The notes below the pieces were generated by a model, which saw only the letters and a list, made by a program, of their open reading frames with translations, had not been told where the DNA came from and did no database searches. Of a DNA stretch of 64,000 nt, positions 1 through 10,987 are shown one piece after another. Position 1 is the first letter of the stretch. Every line of letters begins with the position of its first letter. The stretch comes from Massalongia carnosa (taxonomy: Eukaryota): positions 434,001-498,000 of the forward strand of contig OZ287083.1 in assembly GCA_965645245.1 (NCBI GenBank). The letters run 5' to 3'. Position numbers and translations under genes: made by a program.

Positions 1-581
1 AGGGAGTGGTAAGTATGGAGGCGTACGGTACACAACATGACTGCTTTATGGTGGTTCTCTATGTGGAGCAACGGAGGTTACCAATCAAGACTAGGTAGTA
101 AGGGCTTTTAGGGAATGTAGACGGGCAATTTTCATCGAACATTGGGCTGCGAAATCATATGGCTCTGGCATAGAGGCATGGATCTGCCTGGAGGAATACT
201 GGATTTCGAGGGCCGAACAGCGAAGGTTGATTTATAACATAGCCTAAACTCTTGTAAAGTTTGTACGTTGATTTCGAGCGTATGACGGGTGCAAAGCCGC
301 AGACCAACAAGTGAGAATCAGTTTGCAATGATATTGGTGGCTCAGATTACCGAAAGATGTCATATTCTTCAACCATAAATCGGCATCCCCGAGCTTTATA
401 AACCGAGTACTTCATGAGAAGCTTGCCAAACACCAATGCTTTCGAAACCAGGTCCAAAAATCCCATGTACATCCATCCATTGCAAATGGGTACGAAGATC
501 TGTGATATAAGTGATAAATGGCAACGTTTGGATCCAATCCCTCTAAATCTCTACTCCCTTCTCGAACTCCGCACTCAAGAG

Positions 582-1106
582 CTAAGCCCTGTCAATATAT
601 TTAGTCCGTAATACTCGTCACAGGAAAAGGAAAAGGAAAAACGGGAATACCCACAACAACGCCAACGTGATATCACCCCGAATGCTCGCCTTCAACTCGA
701 TCTCCACGTCCAAGTTCAGCTCCAGGCGCAACTTCAACCCATCCTGATCCATCATCGAGCTCTCCTCCTTCCCGCCCCCCTTGGGGCCCGTCTTGAGTTC
801 CTGGTTCGGGTTTCCATCGCGCATCGGGATCTCCCCTCGTTGTGCGCGCGCGTACGTCACGGGGCCGTCCATGGAGGTCGAGTCCGGCCCGATGCGCTCG
901 AATGACTGCATGGCGCCTGACGAGGCTTGGGCTTCGGACGCTTGGTTCTCTTCCTCAAGCGCGGGCAGCGATTGCTTGGATTTCGCCTCGGCTTGGGTTT
1001 GCGACTGTTGCTTGCGGCGGCGGCTGCGGCGGGATTGCGAGCGCGAGCGGTAGCCTGGGTCGGAGGTTTCGGAGTCGGATTGTTGCTTGTTGGCTTTGGA
1101 GGACAT
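582..1106 (-). CDS. Hydrophilic, disordered 'LEA-domain-like' fungal protein with C-terminal LRLELNLDVEIELKASIRGDITLALL motif (paralog A)
   Basis: ATG at 1106 (MSSKANKQQSDSET...). Exon 1 is 1106-655, intron 654-589 (GTGGGT...GACTAA...CAG), terminal exon 588-582 (G GCT TAG). The C-terminal motif nearly matches the gene at 2130-2967. Confidence 0.8.
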
Positions 1107-1317
1107 GGTGGTGGTGGTGGTTGGTGGAGGAGCGGGAACTGGAAAGGGAGGAGCGGGAATGGATTGGTGGGGATGAGTTGAAGAGGAAGAAGCTGGTGAA
1201 AAGCTATTCAATCTCACCACAAAAGAGGCTGGAAATTTAGTACCTGGTGAAGTGTTGATATCCAGGCCTATTCGAGTGCAACAAATGACCTCTTTCGGCA
1301 AACAAGCAAACGAGCAG

Positions 1318-1335
1318 ACGTCAAGTCATACGTCA
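1318..1335. promoter_or_regulatory. Two CRE/ATF-like sites (ACGTCA, TACGTCA) upstream of paralog A
   Basis: ACGTCA at 1318-1323 and TACGTCA at 1329-1335, about 210-230 bp upstream of the ATG at 1106. They match the TGACGT core bound by Atf1/AtfA-type bZIP factors. Confidence 0.4.
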
Positions 1336-1927
1336 CAACGACGAAAGGTCAAGCTTGGTTCGATTCCACTTGTACGGCGGACTGTAAGTACTAAACCCTC
1401 ATAACAAATCGTTATAAGGGTTTGATACTTACAGTCCGCCGTACACTTTGTCATAAACGCCAATCTGGCATGCTCGACAAAAGTCGTGCTCCAATTACCA
1501 TCCATGGGTCATCGGATTTGGACGATCGATATCTACAACTTTATCCAGCGAGTGAGTTGTTGATACAGTATGTGCAAAGATCTGCAACTACTGTATCCGA
1601 TGTGGCTCAAACACTTAGACTTGTTCTGTTAATTGAGCGAAGAAAACGAAGAATCAACCTTTTGGGTATGATGGCAAGGTAATAACCGTCGCATGTATCC
1701 TACTAACAACGAAATCGAGCTCTTTAGGAGCAGTAAACTCAAGAAACTTCCTGTGTTCCTGCAGAGGAATCGAAAATCCTTTCACATGTCGACCAACAAT
1801 CATGTAGTGACTAGTTGTACAAAACACATTCGGTACGCACACTGTCGTACAAGCTTGCAACCTCGTCTACTCTAACCGCATTGCACGCGCCACATGAACT
1901 GGCAAAACACACTATGAAGCTATGACC

Positions 1928-1934
1928 TACGTCA
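1928..1934. promoter_or_regulatory. CRE/ATF-like site (TACGTCA) upstream of paralog B
   Basis: TACGTCA lies within ATGACCTACGTCAT, about 200 bp upstream of the ATG at 2130, mirroring the sites before paralog A. Confidence 0.4.
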
Positions 1935-2129
1935 TATGCCAGCTTTCGCCCGTCCCAGCCATCATGATTTCTCGTTGCAAAACAAATCCACTCATCTAAC
2001 AGTTGCAGAAGATTTGTGTTGTCGCTTTTTTTGGCTTATCTGAAAGCTTAACCAGTTTCCCCGTTCAACGCTCTCTTCTCTTCACACTTCTTTGCAGAGA
2101 AGTTGATTCAGAATCACTCGCAGCAAAAC

Positions 2130-2967
2130 ATGGCCGAAGAAGAAACCAAGACTGAAGAATCTGAGGCCTCTGCCGGCGCCAACGCTTCCGGTTCCGCCGC
2201 AGCCTCGGGCGGCATCAACGCGGAGAGCTCCAAGAAAGAAACCCAATCCGCCAAACGCAACCCGCCGAAACTAGGCAAAAAGCAGCAAAAGAAAGAAGAA
2301 CCACACGCCGAATCCGAAGCGGCCCCTGAAACCAACGGCGCCACTGAAGAGGCATCCCCACCGTCGAAACCCCAGTCCCGCGCTCCCTCCAACCGCCGCC
2401 AAAGCCGTGGTCGTGGCCGTAGCAAAGTCCCGGACTCGGACACCGAGTCCGTTGCGCGCTCGGATGTCTCCACCGGCGGGCGGCGGAACCGCAACCGTAA
2501 GCGAGGCGGAGGGCAGAAAACCAAAGAGAAGGATGGCGGAGGCGGCGGCGGCGGTGGCGGAGGCGGAGGAGGACCGCTAGACTCGCTCGACGAAGTGGGC
2601 GAAACCGCATCCGGCGCAACGGACATGGTGCAGCAGACTGCAGGCGGTGCAGCCGACAAGGCCGGCGACGCGGTGGGTGGAGCGGCCGATAGCGCAGGGA
2701 AGGCGTTGGGAGGCTTAACGGGAGGCGGGAAGAAGGGCGGGGAGGAGGGAGGCGGGGAGGAGGACGAGGGGAAGGGCGAGCAGTTGCGTCTGAGGCTGGA
2801 GATCAACTTGGACGTGGAGATTCAGCTCAAGGCGAAGATCCATGGCGATTTGACGATTGGCTTGCTGTGAGTATATTCCCTTTTTCCCTTTCTTTTTCCT
2901 TTTATCTCCACGATAGCGGCTTAGGGCTCTTGCTAACCATTATTTTTTGAATTACTCTAGGAACTAA
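2130..2967 (+). CDS. Hydrophilic Gly/Ala/Glu-rich 'LEA-domain-like' protein with C-terminal LRLEINLDVEIQLKAKIHGDLTIGLL motif (paralog B)
   Basis: ATG at 2130 (MAEEETKTEE...). Exon 1 is 2130-2866, intron 2867-2960 (GTGAGT...GCTAAC...TAG), terminal exon 2961-2967 (G AAC TAA). LEA-like GGAADKAGDAVGGAAD repeats precede the motif. Confidence 0.85.
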
Positions 2968-4853
2968 CCGCCAGACTTGTTTACGCTCTCCGTCAATCAT
3001 CCTCTCCTATACAGTGCAGAGTTACCTCGGGGGCTCATTGCCCATCGCCAGCTACGCATCAGGATCTTTCCCCCATTTTTTATTTTCTTCGTTTTATTAT
3101 TTCCTGAAATCAGCGCCTGGCTTTGTATTTGCCAGCTTTTCCTCTCTCTCTCCGTATGTATGTATTTTGGTACGTAGCCGTCAACATCATATCCTATCGT
3201 ATCGCATCGCATCGTGTCAAATACCATCTTGAATGATATTTACTACCTGGATTACTTCAACTTATCTTCGTCTCTATTTATATCTGGCATCTCTCCCTTC
3301 TTTTTTGTTCCGAGGATCTGCGATTCTCAAATCGGGAACATGAATAATCATATTGTTGGGGGGAGGGGAGTGGGCATTACTCAAACCCTTTCGCGGAGAC
3401 TGGAATTATCATTGCCAATTGGATTAGGGATCATTTTGGGGGGGGGGGGTTGTCGTTGGGTCTGTTTGGGATGAGGATGGGGTTGGGATCGCTGATGATT
3501 GATCCCAGAACAGTTTTCGTCTTTTTTTTTCTCTTGATTTTGATTAATTTCTCTATATATATACACAAAACCCTCTAGTTCTCTGATATTCTGCTTTCAT
3601 CTCTATCTTCAACTCAAGTCCGACTAACAAGGTACTTCGAAAACGAACGGACGCATCCACCCGAACCAGTCATCAATCCTGTGCTGCCTACCAATCTACC
3701 TACATACCTAGTAGGAAGGATCTGGAGTACATATACGAGAAAGAAGAAGAAGAAGCATAACAGCAAATTACATCCGTGTTCGCACATTGGCGAAAAGAAA
3801 ATGGAAAAAAAAAGCTTTGCTCGTTTGCTTACTAGTTGATTAAAATTACTCCCCGATAGACTTCCATCTCCAAGACCCAAACTGCCAATCGCCAGTTCCC
3901 CCAGGGGTATCCCGGGATTACACGAAGATCTATCCCGGAAGAAATTCGAGATGGCGGAATCTCGTGCGTAGATAAATTCACCGCTCTCTGGAACACGGGA
4001 AGGGGGGGGTTCCCAGCCCTACATATTCCCGGTTGGTGGGGATGGCTCTTTTGTGGCGGAAGGTTATTTGGGGGGAGTTGCTGTTGTTGTTGGTGGTGGT
4101 GGTGATGGTGGTGGCGGTGGAGGAAGAGGATACATTAGGGGCTTGAGAGGAGATGGTGGAAGGAAAGGAAGAGACTGTTTAAAGGGGGGTTTTAGTGTGG
4201 AGGGAAGGGGGGAGGTGTATACACAAGGGGTGGGGTGGTAGATGCTGCATTGGAGGAACTGGGTTGGGGGTGGGAGGGCTGGCCTGGGTGGGATTCAGAA
4301 TGTGGATGGGAGTTGAAAGGGTTAGGTTGTGAAGTTGAACAGAAATGGGCAGCTAATAACGAGACGTGGGCTGACGAAGCTTGCAGTAATTTGGTTTATT
4401 GTGGAGCGAGGATGTTTAGAGAGAAGGATTAATCCAAATAAGGGAAAATCCCGCAAGCCTTTTGAAAGTTCACCCGCATCCTCCACCCGGAGCTCTCTCC
4501 TCTTCCTCTTGAGTTGGCAGGGGATGGATTCATCATTTCAGATTCGAGTTGATTTGATTCTGACGCGTTTGCGGCAGCGGATCGTGCAGCCATCCGTCGA
4601 GTGCGAAGGGTTGCCGCCGCTTTTGCGCGTGTGCGGCTTCTTTGATTCTTTTTTCCCCGGCATCCCTGGGGAACGTTTTAGCAACACCACCCGCGGGTGT
4701 GCGGGAACCAAGTGAACAAGGCTCACGGGTGTTGGTTGGTTCGGGGAGGCTTGTTGATTTGTGAGGGTACGGGTCCCTTGGATTCTGATCAATTTTGAGA
4801 TTGGTCTTACAGCTACGGATGATCGAATGGTTTCTTGGCTGTCGCCCTTATTA

Positions 4854-6393
4854 TTAATTATCAAATTGTGGTTGAAGCCAGGGGTCATCAGGTAGTTCTC
4901 TAGCCGTCTTCTTCTCCTCCGGTACCCACCGCATCATGGACCTTAAAAACTGCAGGAAAGGTTCCTTCTCCTTTCCTTGAACGTTTGTTTCCAACTCCTC
5001 CAATGATAGGGGCTTAAGAATGTCAACGGATCCTTTCCACTTGCCTAAGAAGGATGACTGATTAGCGTAATCTCGCTTCCCTACGGTGGCCGAGGCTGGA
5101 TGCTCACCGTGGTCGTCAAAGTAGTTTGTACTTGTTTTGCTCCACTCGAGAAAGCCTGCGTGTCGTGGACCAAGATACGCTACCATTCCAGCAAGATGAC
5201 AATGGCTGGAATAAATCCCCTCACCATCGATGCAGGCGGCGAATAGGCATTGGTTCTCAAAGAGATCCTAGGTATATTGCATGTTAGCAGTGTTTGCTCT
5301 CTAAGTGGCCGGGGCGTTTAAATGTTATAATCTATTGAATGGATTTGCGGCACCAAACAATATTGAGGGGCAAGTGAAAAGGCACAGAGGAATCGTTTAC
5401 CGAATGATATTGATCACTTACCAACACATCTAGGTTCCAAATATCGACGCTATAAGTCCACATCATACTTAATACTACTTCGGGTGATCTGTAGACGTCC
5501 GGCTAGATCAAACCTTTTTTTCCCACCCTTCCATGCCAAGCCTCATAAGTCCCCGAGAACGAGAAGGTCAAGCAACTTTGGCTTCTTGAGCGTTCGAGGA
5601 TCGGATCGTATATTCTTCTCGTAGACTTTACGCCGGTATGGATCGTTGAGTTCGGCCCTTGCAAATTCTTCCAGGATAATCATCCCAAGATCTAGGAATA
5701 TGTTGCCAGCTAAAATATCTAATCCTGACGATCAGTACAATTGGAGTAACCGATGAAAATTTGCGTCTCCGGGGAGATGATAAAAACCGACCAGATACCC
5801 GCTTGAATGATTTTGCAGCTGGTATGCAAATAGTCAAAAGTGCGAGCAAAACAGATATCAGGGTTTTCCGTAACATATCGGCTACAATTTTGCGGCGAGG
5901 AAGGCCACTTTGAATAAAACTAGACCTTCCCAAAGGGGCTTGTGCACAAGACAGTGGTGAACGCCATTTGGCGTCAGGATTTCAAAAGCATCGAGGATAG
6001 TTCGGACATGGTGCCAGCCATCATGAGTAACATTGGCGTTCTTCAGACATTGGTAAATCTCGACTTCTCGGTTGATGCGACTCCGAACGTGCACTTTGAT
6101 GGCTGCAAAAGTCTTGGATATGTAGTCAACGCAGGATCGCTCCCTGTAAGCCAATGTGAGAATTATATTCGCCATATCTGAGTTTTCCCATGATTTGATA
6201 TTCGAGTTCAGCGTTTTTCCAACACGAATGGGATAAAATTCTGCTGCATCACAGCAGACTTAGTTATTGTCTCTTCCTCGATTGTCTTAGCAGCATCAAT
6301 AGTAACGAAATGGGGATTGCGACGCCAAGGCTGGAAAATGGACGGTGGCAGAATATGAAGGCATCGTCTTGTCCCCCTGGTAATGGCTGCCAT
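4854..6393 (-). pseudogene. SRPK-like (CMGC) Ser/Thr protein kinase pseudogene
   Basis: Collinear fragments in different frames: IEEET...FYPIRVG, AIKV...EVEIYQ.L...HVRTILDAFEILTPNGVHHCLVHKPL, a YRSPEVVL...W.YSVDIWNLG-like segment, and FLQFLRSMMRWVPEEKKTAREL..DPWL. Several frameshifts and stops. Confidence 0.8.
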
Positions 6394-6936
6394 TACCGTT
6401 ATGTGGGTTCAACGTACAGAAAATTGCTCTTTTAAAAAAAAAATCATTTCCAACATATCCTCATTGCTTTCTAAGACCTTTAAAGGCATCTAAAATCCAA
6501 TCGGATCGCCTGAATGATGAGAGTAGGAGGTTCCGCTTCCATTGCCATGAATGTGATGCGAATCTGACTCGATGTCTCTTTTTGTTGAAAATGATGACAG
6601 AAAAGATGAAGAATGGTTTCTTCGATTACGGTGAGCGTGATTCCTCAGAAGGGGTTAATTAGTATTGAAAGGCCAAGACTACTAGACGGATAGTCCTATA
6701 GCCAAACAATCAAATATTTAAATAGAGTAACATAAGGTCTGTGTCTCGACCTAACAGACATCTATCAGTATCCTCAGGAGCATTTCAGGCAGATCATCAA
6801 TGTGCGATCCGGATGTACTCGTACCATTGAGTACAGTGGTGATGAGGGGAGGACTACTATGTACTCTGTACATAGCATAACATCGTTACTCATCACCCCC
6901 CCAAATATTCCTCTAAAACTTAGATCCCCAGCGCTA

Positions 6937-8631
6937 TCATCCAGCATACCTCTCCTCCGCGCTGGTGATGCACTGCATGTTGGCCCCCAACTTGTTCATC
7001 GTCTCCACCCATTCCTCATACGGATCGCTGTCGAATACTATCCCCCCTCCAGCTTGTAGATAGGCAACCCCATCCTTTACCAGCATTGTTCGTAGCGCGA
7101 TGCATGTGTCCATTGCGCCCTCGCCCTCTTGGCCGTGAGCATCCACATGCCCGTACCCGAAATACCCCACCGCGCCTGCGTACACGCCGCGCTTCTCGCC
7201 CTCCAGCTCGGCAATAAGTTCCATAGCGCGGACCTTGGGGGCGCCGCTGACGGTGCCGGCGGGAAAAATGCTGCGGAAGGCGTCGAAGCGCGTCATCCCT
7301 GGGCGCAGGATACCGCTAACCTGGCTAACGAGATGCTGCACGTGGCTAAACTTTTCCACGACCATGAGTCGGTCAACACGCGTGGAGAGAGGGTCGCAGA
7401 TGCGGTTGACGTCGTTGCGGGCTAGGTCGACGAGCATGACGTGTTCGGCGCGATCTTTGATGGAGGTGAAGAGCTGCTCGGCAAGTGCGGCGTCTTCGAT
7501 TGGAGTTTTACCGCGGGTCACAGTGCCAGCGATCGGATGGGTGATAATACGGCCATTGTCGGCTTTGGCGAGGAGTTCAGGGGAGGCGCCCACAAGTTGA
7601 AAGGTAGAGCAGTCGATGTAGAAGAGGTAGGGAGAGGGGTTGAGGGTGCGAAGTTGGCGGTAAATATTGAACGGGTGGAGAGAGGTGGGGCGTGATAAGC
7701 GCTGGGAGGGTACAGCTTGGATGATATTGCCCTGGTCGATGTGACGTTTGAGCGTGCGAACATGCGTCTCGTAACCAATTTGACCGATGTTGGAGGTGTA
7801 CTCTTGGTTTGGTTGGATAGGCGGTTGATGAGGGAGCGGGATTTCTGGCGTTGTGAGGGTGTCTACCGTCTTGGACAGGGTTGCGCAGGCGCTGGTGTAC
7901 GCGGCAGCAAGGGCTTCAGGGTCGATCGGTGACGCAGGAACGTGCAGATATGTTATGATCTTGATTTGCTGGAAGAAATGGTCGAACGCAACTATGGTAT
8001 CAAAGAGCATGAAAAAAGACTCCGGAACTCGGAGGACATCTTTCATTGGGCGGGCAGTACGAGGTTCAAAATACCGTACGCAATCGTACCCAACATAACC
8101 AATAGCGCCTCCCGTCAGTGGAGGAAGGGAAAGACCGGGTATCACAGCCTCGCGATGTCTCGCAAGTTCTTTCTCAAGAATAGGAAGTGGATCGACTTCA
8201 GGGCCGTGACCGGGACCAGTCTTGAGGACATCCCTGGGATCTTGAGAGATCAGCAGCTTACCAATGTTTTATCTCCATGTATTCTAGACAAACCTGCACC
8301 GACGAAGCTATATCTCCCAATTGTTTCTGTCGTTGCAGCACTCTCGAAAAGGAAAGAAAGTCTGGTATTCGATCTAAACGCCTTCAATCTGGGCACATTA
8401 TAATTCTTTGAACGTGGCTCACTTTGCCGATATCTTCACATACGCCAGTGAAGGGGTCAAGAAATCTGCTGGAATTGTCGCACATACAGGAACAATGTTC
8501 GGCGCATTAGGAAGGCTTGCAGAGGCCGATAGAACCTTCCTGACTGTTTCTAATGAAGGTTGGATCTTAGCCTACAAGCACATCAACAGCTACCCGGAGA
8601 AGACGTTGTAATGACGCACTGGCGCAACCAT
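6937..8631 (-). CDS. TRP2: Anthranilate synthase component I
   Basis: Chorismate-binding domain motifs GGAIGYVGYD, QAVPSQR, NPSPYLFY, GASPE, HPIAGT, EHVMLVDLARND, FPAGTVSGAPKVRAM, YLQAGGGIVFDS. Start ATG GTT GCG CCA at 8631, followed by three short 5' introns. Confidence 0.97.
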
Positions 8632-8923
8632 TATAAATTTGTCAATAAACTCGTGAATCACAGATAGTCTAATGGAGTTAATTATATAGATAATTGGGAA
8701 AAGGTGGGAAAAGGTGTGGCGAATGCCATACGCATTTGACACGTGACGTGTAACTATCAGGTAAATCCCATCATCCGGGTTGTGGTTGTTCCTTAGTTCT
8801 ACGCTAACTAGCTCTGACTAGTTACCACCCTCAGCCTGGCCTGCGATCGTCCTAGTCTTACGGCCCGACCCTTACATACATAGGCTCCACAACGCACCGT
8901 TGCAAGGAACACGCAAGGATCAT

Positions 8924-9902
8924 ATGTACTTAAAGATCATGGTAGGTCAACGGGGCTAACGGTATATATGATTGGAAAATTGATCGCCCTAAACAATGAA
9001 CGTTGGCCATTCCGTCAGAATACGCAGCTTAATAGAGTTCCTCAACCGCCTTACGATCCCCTTCCTCTGATTACTTTACTCATACTCTATCCAGCACGAT
9101 CAGGGCGCGCAGTCCAGAGGCACAACTCTTGGATCGATGGCAGGATATCGGAAACTCCATCGCAAGCATTCGCATGTCTTGCGACGCTGTTATTACACTG
9201 AACAGATATCTAGACACGGTGGAAGACGTTCTCTTTAATAAATTTCCTGTGGTAGAGGACACAGCGGCACAAGTGGATGACTTAGAATTTGGCATCTCAA
9301 AGAAGGCAATCTCCGGACCAGCTGCCACGTTCGTGGATGAGCCAATGTCATCAATTTTGGTTGCACCGAAGAATATCAGTGATGTGGGATTTGAAAGAAG
9401 ATTATCACAAGATGACGAAGGTTTGCTGGCGCGTGTAACAAATGCAGTGGAGCGGCTTCGTGAAAGACAGAAGGAGTTCAAGGTAGGCAGATCGCTTAAC
9501 GCGACTAAATCATGGACTCTGGGTACTAAGTCCCTGTGTTCAGCATCTTCATGATATAGTTATACAATCCTCGAGTAGAGCCACGGAGAAAATCCACCAG
9601 ATGAATTACAGATGAATCAGATGTAGGCGTCGTATATTTCCACTGGCCCAGCCATCTGGGGAGTGCAGTGTGCTAACATAACAACATTATGTAGGGAGAA
9701 AGATGCAGCTGACGATGAGACCGACCTAACTTATCTGAAACTGCAGTTGAGAATCATTGAGATCCAGACACTCCCATACGTACCTCAAAAAGATCATGAT
9801 AGTTTGGCGAAAGGCATTCAACGATGGAAGCTTGATTGGGCCAATGTCAACAATCGGTTTCGGAAGCGGAAGTGGAAGAGAGAGGTCGAGAAACAGGCGT
9901 AG
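8924..9902 (+). CDS. Hypothetical fungal protein, multi-exon, coiled-coil-like; 5' end uncertain
   Basis: ORF segments 9129-9482 (LLDRWQDIGNSIA...RLRERQKEFK then a GTAGGC donor) and 9695-9902 (EKDAADDETDLTYLKLQLRIIEIQ...IQRWKLDW) look like exons, with intron signals between them. Divergent from TRP2. Confidence 0.6.
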
Positions 9903-10217
9903 CGACCAATATTATCACCCGAGACAAATAGTTGGTGGGCAGCTAGGTGTATGTCGTTTGCTGAATTTAGTTTACACAACCGAGAGGAGATATCCCTGCC
10001 CAACTGAGAGAATGGATTGAACGCCAGGGGCTATGAAGTAAACGGGATATTCTAGCTTCTTAGTAGCACCGAATGGCCGAAGCATTTCACAATATTCTGC
10101 TTCTGCACAGCCCCCCTGTAGCATCTTCCAGCGCAGATATCGTATTTCCTGATACCCTAGATCCATCATCCGACATGTAGTCTGACATCAATCCGATCGG
10201 ATAGAGGATCCAGCCTT

Positions 10218-10987
10218 TTATAGCAAGATTTCTCCAATGTGTTCGACTTCAAAGCCCAACTCCTGCAACTTCATCTGCTTGGTTTTGTCGGACTGTTTCC
10301 TCTCATTTGCTTCTTGGGTTGATAGAGCATGGACCTCCTCTGCGGACGCTTGACGGTAAGGTTCGGGTATATAGTCATCTTTGTCCAAATCCTACGAGAA
10401 GTATCTTGGTTAGGGCTTCTGTGCTCCAACAGAGTAATCGGCCCTGGCAATGAGAAAGCGCCTACAATCTCTCCCAAGAGCAAAACGTTCTCGCCACGAA
10501 CGAGAAATATTCCTCTCGGGATGTCGGCGTATAGGTCTTGCACAAAGATTCGTTCGATTGTATCTTGCAATACCAAGTTGGCTACCCAAACAACCATCTT
10601 AATTTTCATCCAAACCAGATTCAGACAAAGAGCTGCATACCAAATTGATCCCAGCTTCTCAATACTCCAATAAGCTTCCTACCATCTCGTAAAACAAGCA
10701 ACAACTTCTCTGCAAAATACCCAAGCTCAGTCCCACGGGTCAGCCATCCAAGATAAGATATACCGCATATACTTAGCCAGCGAGGAGGAAGACGGGTAAG
10801 TCTCACTGTCTGTTAGGTCTAGTAGTTGAGCAGCGGTTGTAAACATCTGAGCTGTCAATTCTTGCAAACTCGGTCAATCGGGAGACCCAAGACTCCTTAC
10901 TTGCGGTGGTAGTTGTGGAGGTGCTGAAGGATGCACATTGTTGGGACCTCCAGATACCTGTGCATCATGTAGTGACAAGTTCTCCAT
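10218..10987 (-). CDS. LSM1: Sm-like protein LSm1 (mRNA decapping activator)
   Basis: Spliced peptide MENLSL...[47 protein letters not shown]...[24 protein letters not shown]. Stop TAA at 10218-10220. Confidence 0.95.

Noticed and set aside
2114..2806. Long antisense ORFs over GC-rich genes (also within TRP2, nuo51, RIB3 and RPB3)
   Set aside because: Shadow ORFs caused by GC-rich codon usage on the coding strand.
3830..4663. Minus-strand frame (MPGKKESKK...PPLPRVPESGEFIYARD...) that looks partly protein-like
   Set aside because: It has several in-frame stops, low-complexity Pro-rich sequence, no recognisable domain and no clear intron signals.
8739..8750. CACGTGACGTG (E-box/CRE) in the TRP2 divergent promoter
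   Set aside because: A short motif that is plausible but unsupported; no canonical Gcn4/CpcA TGACTC site nearby.
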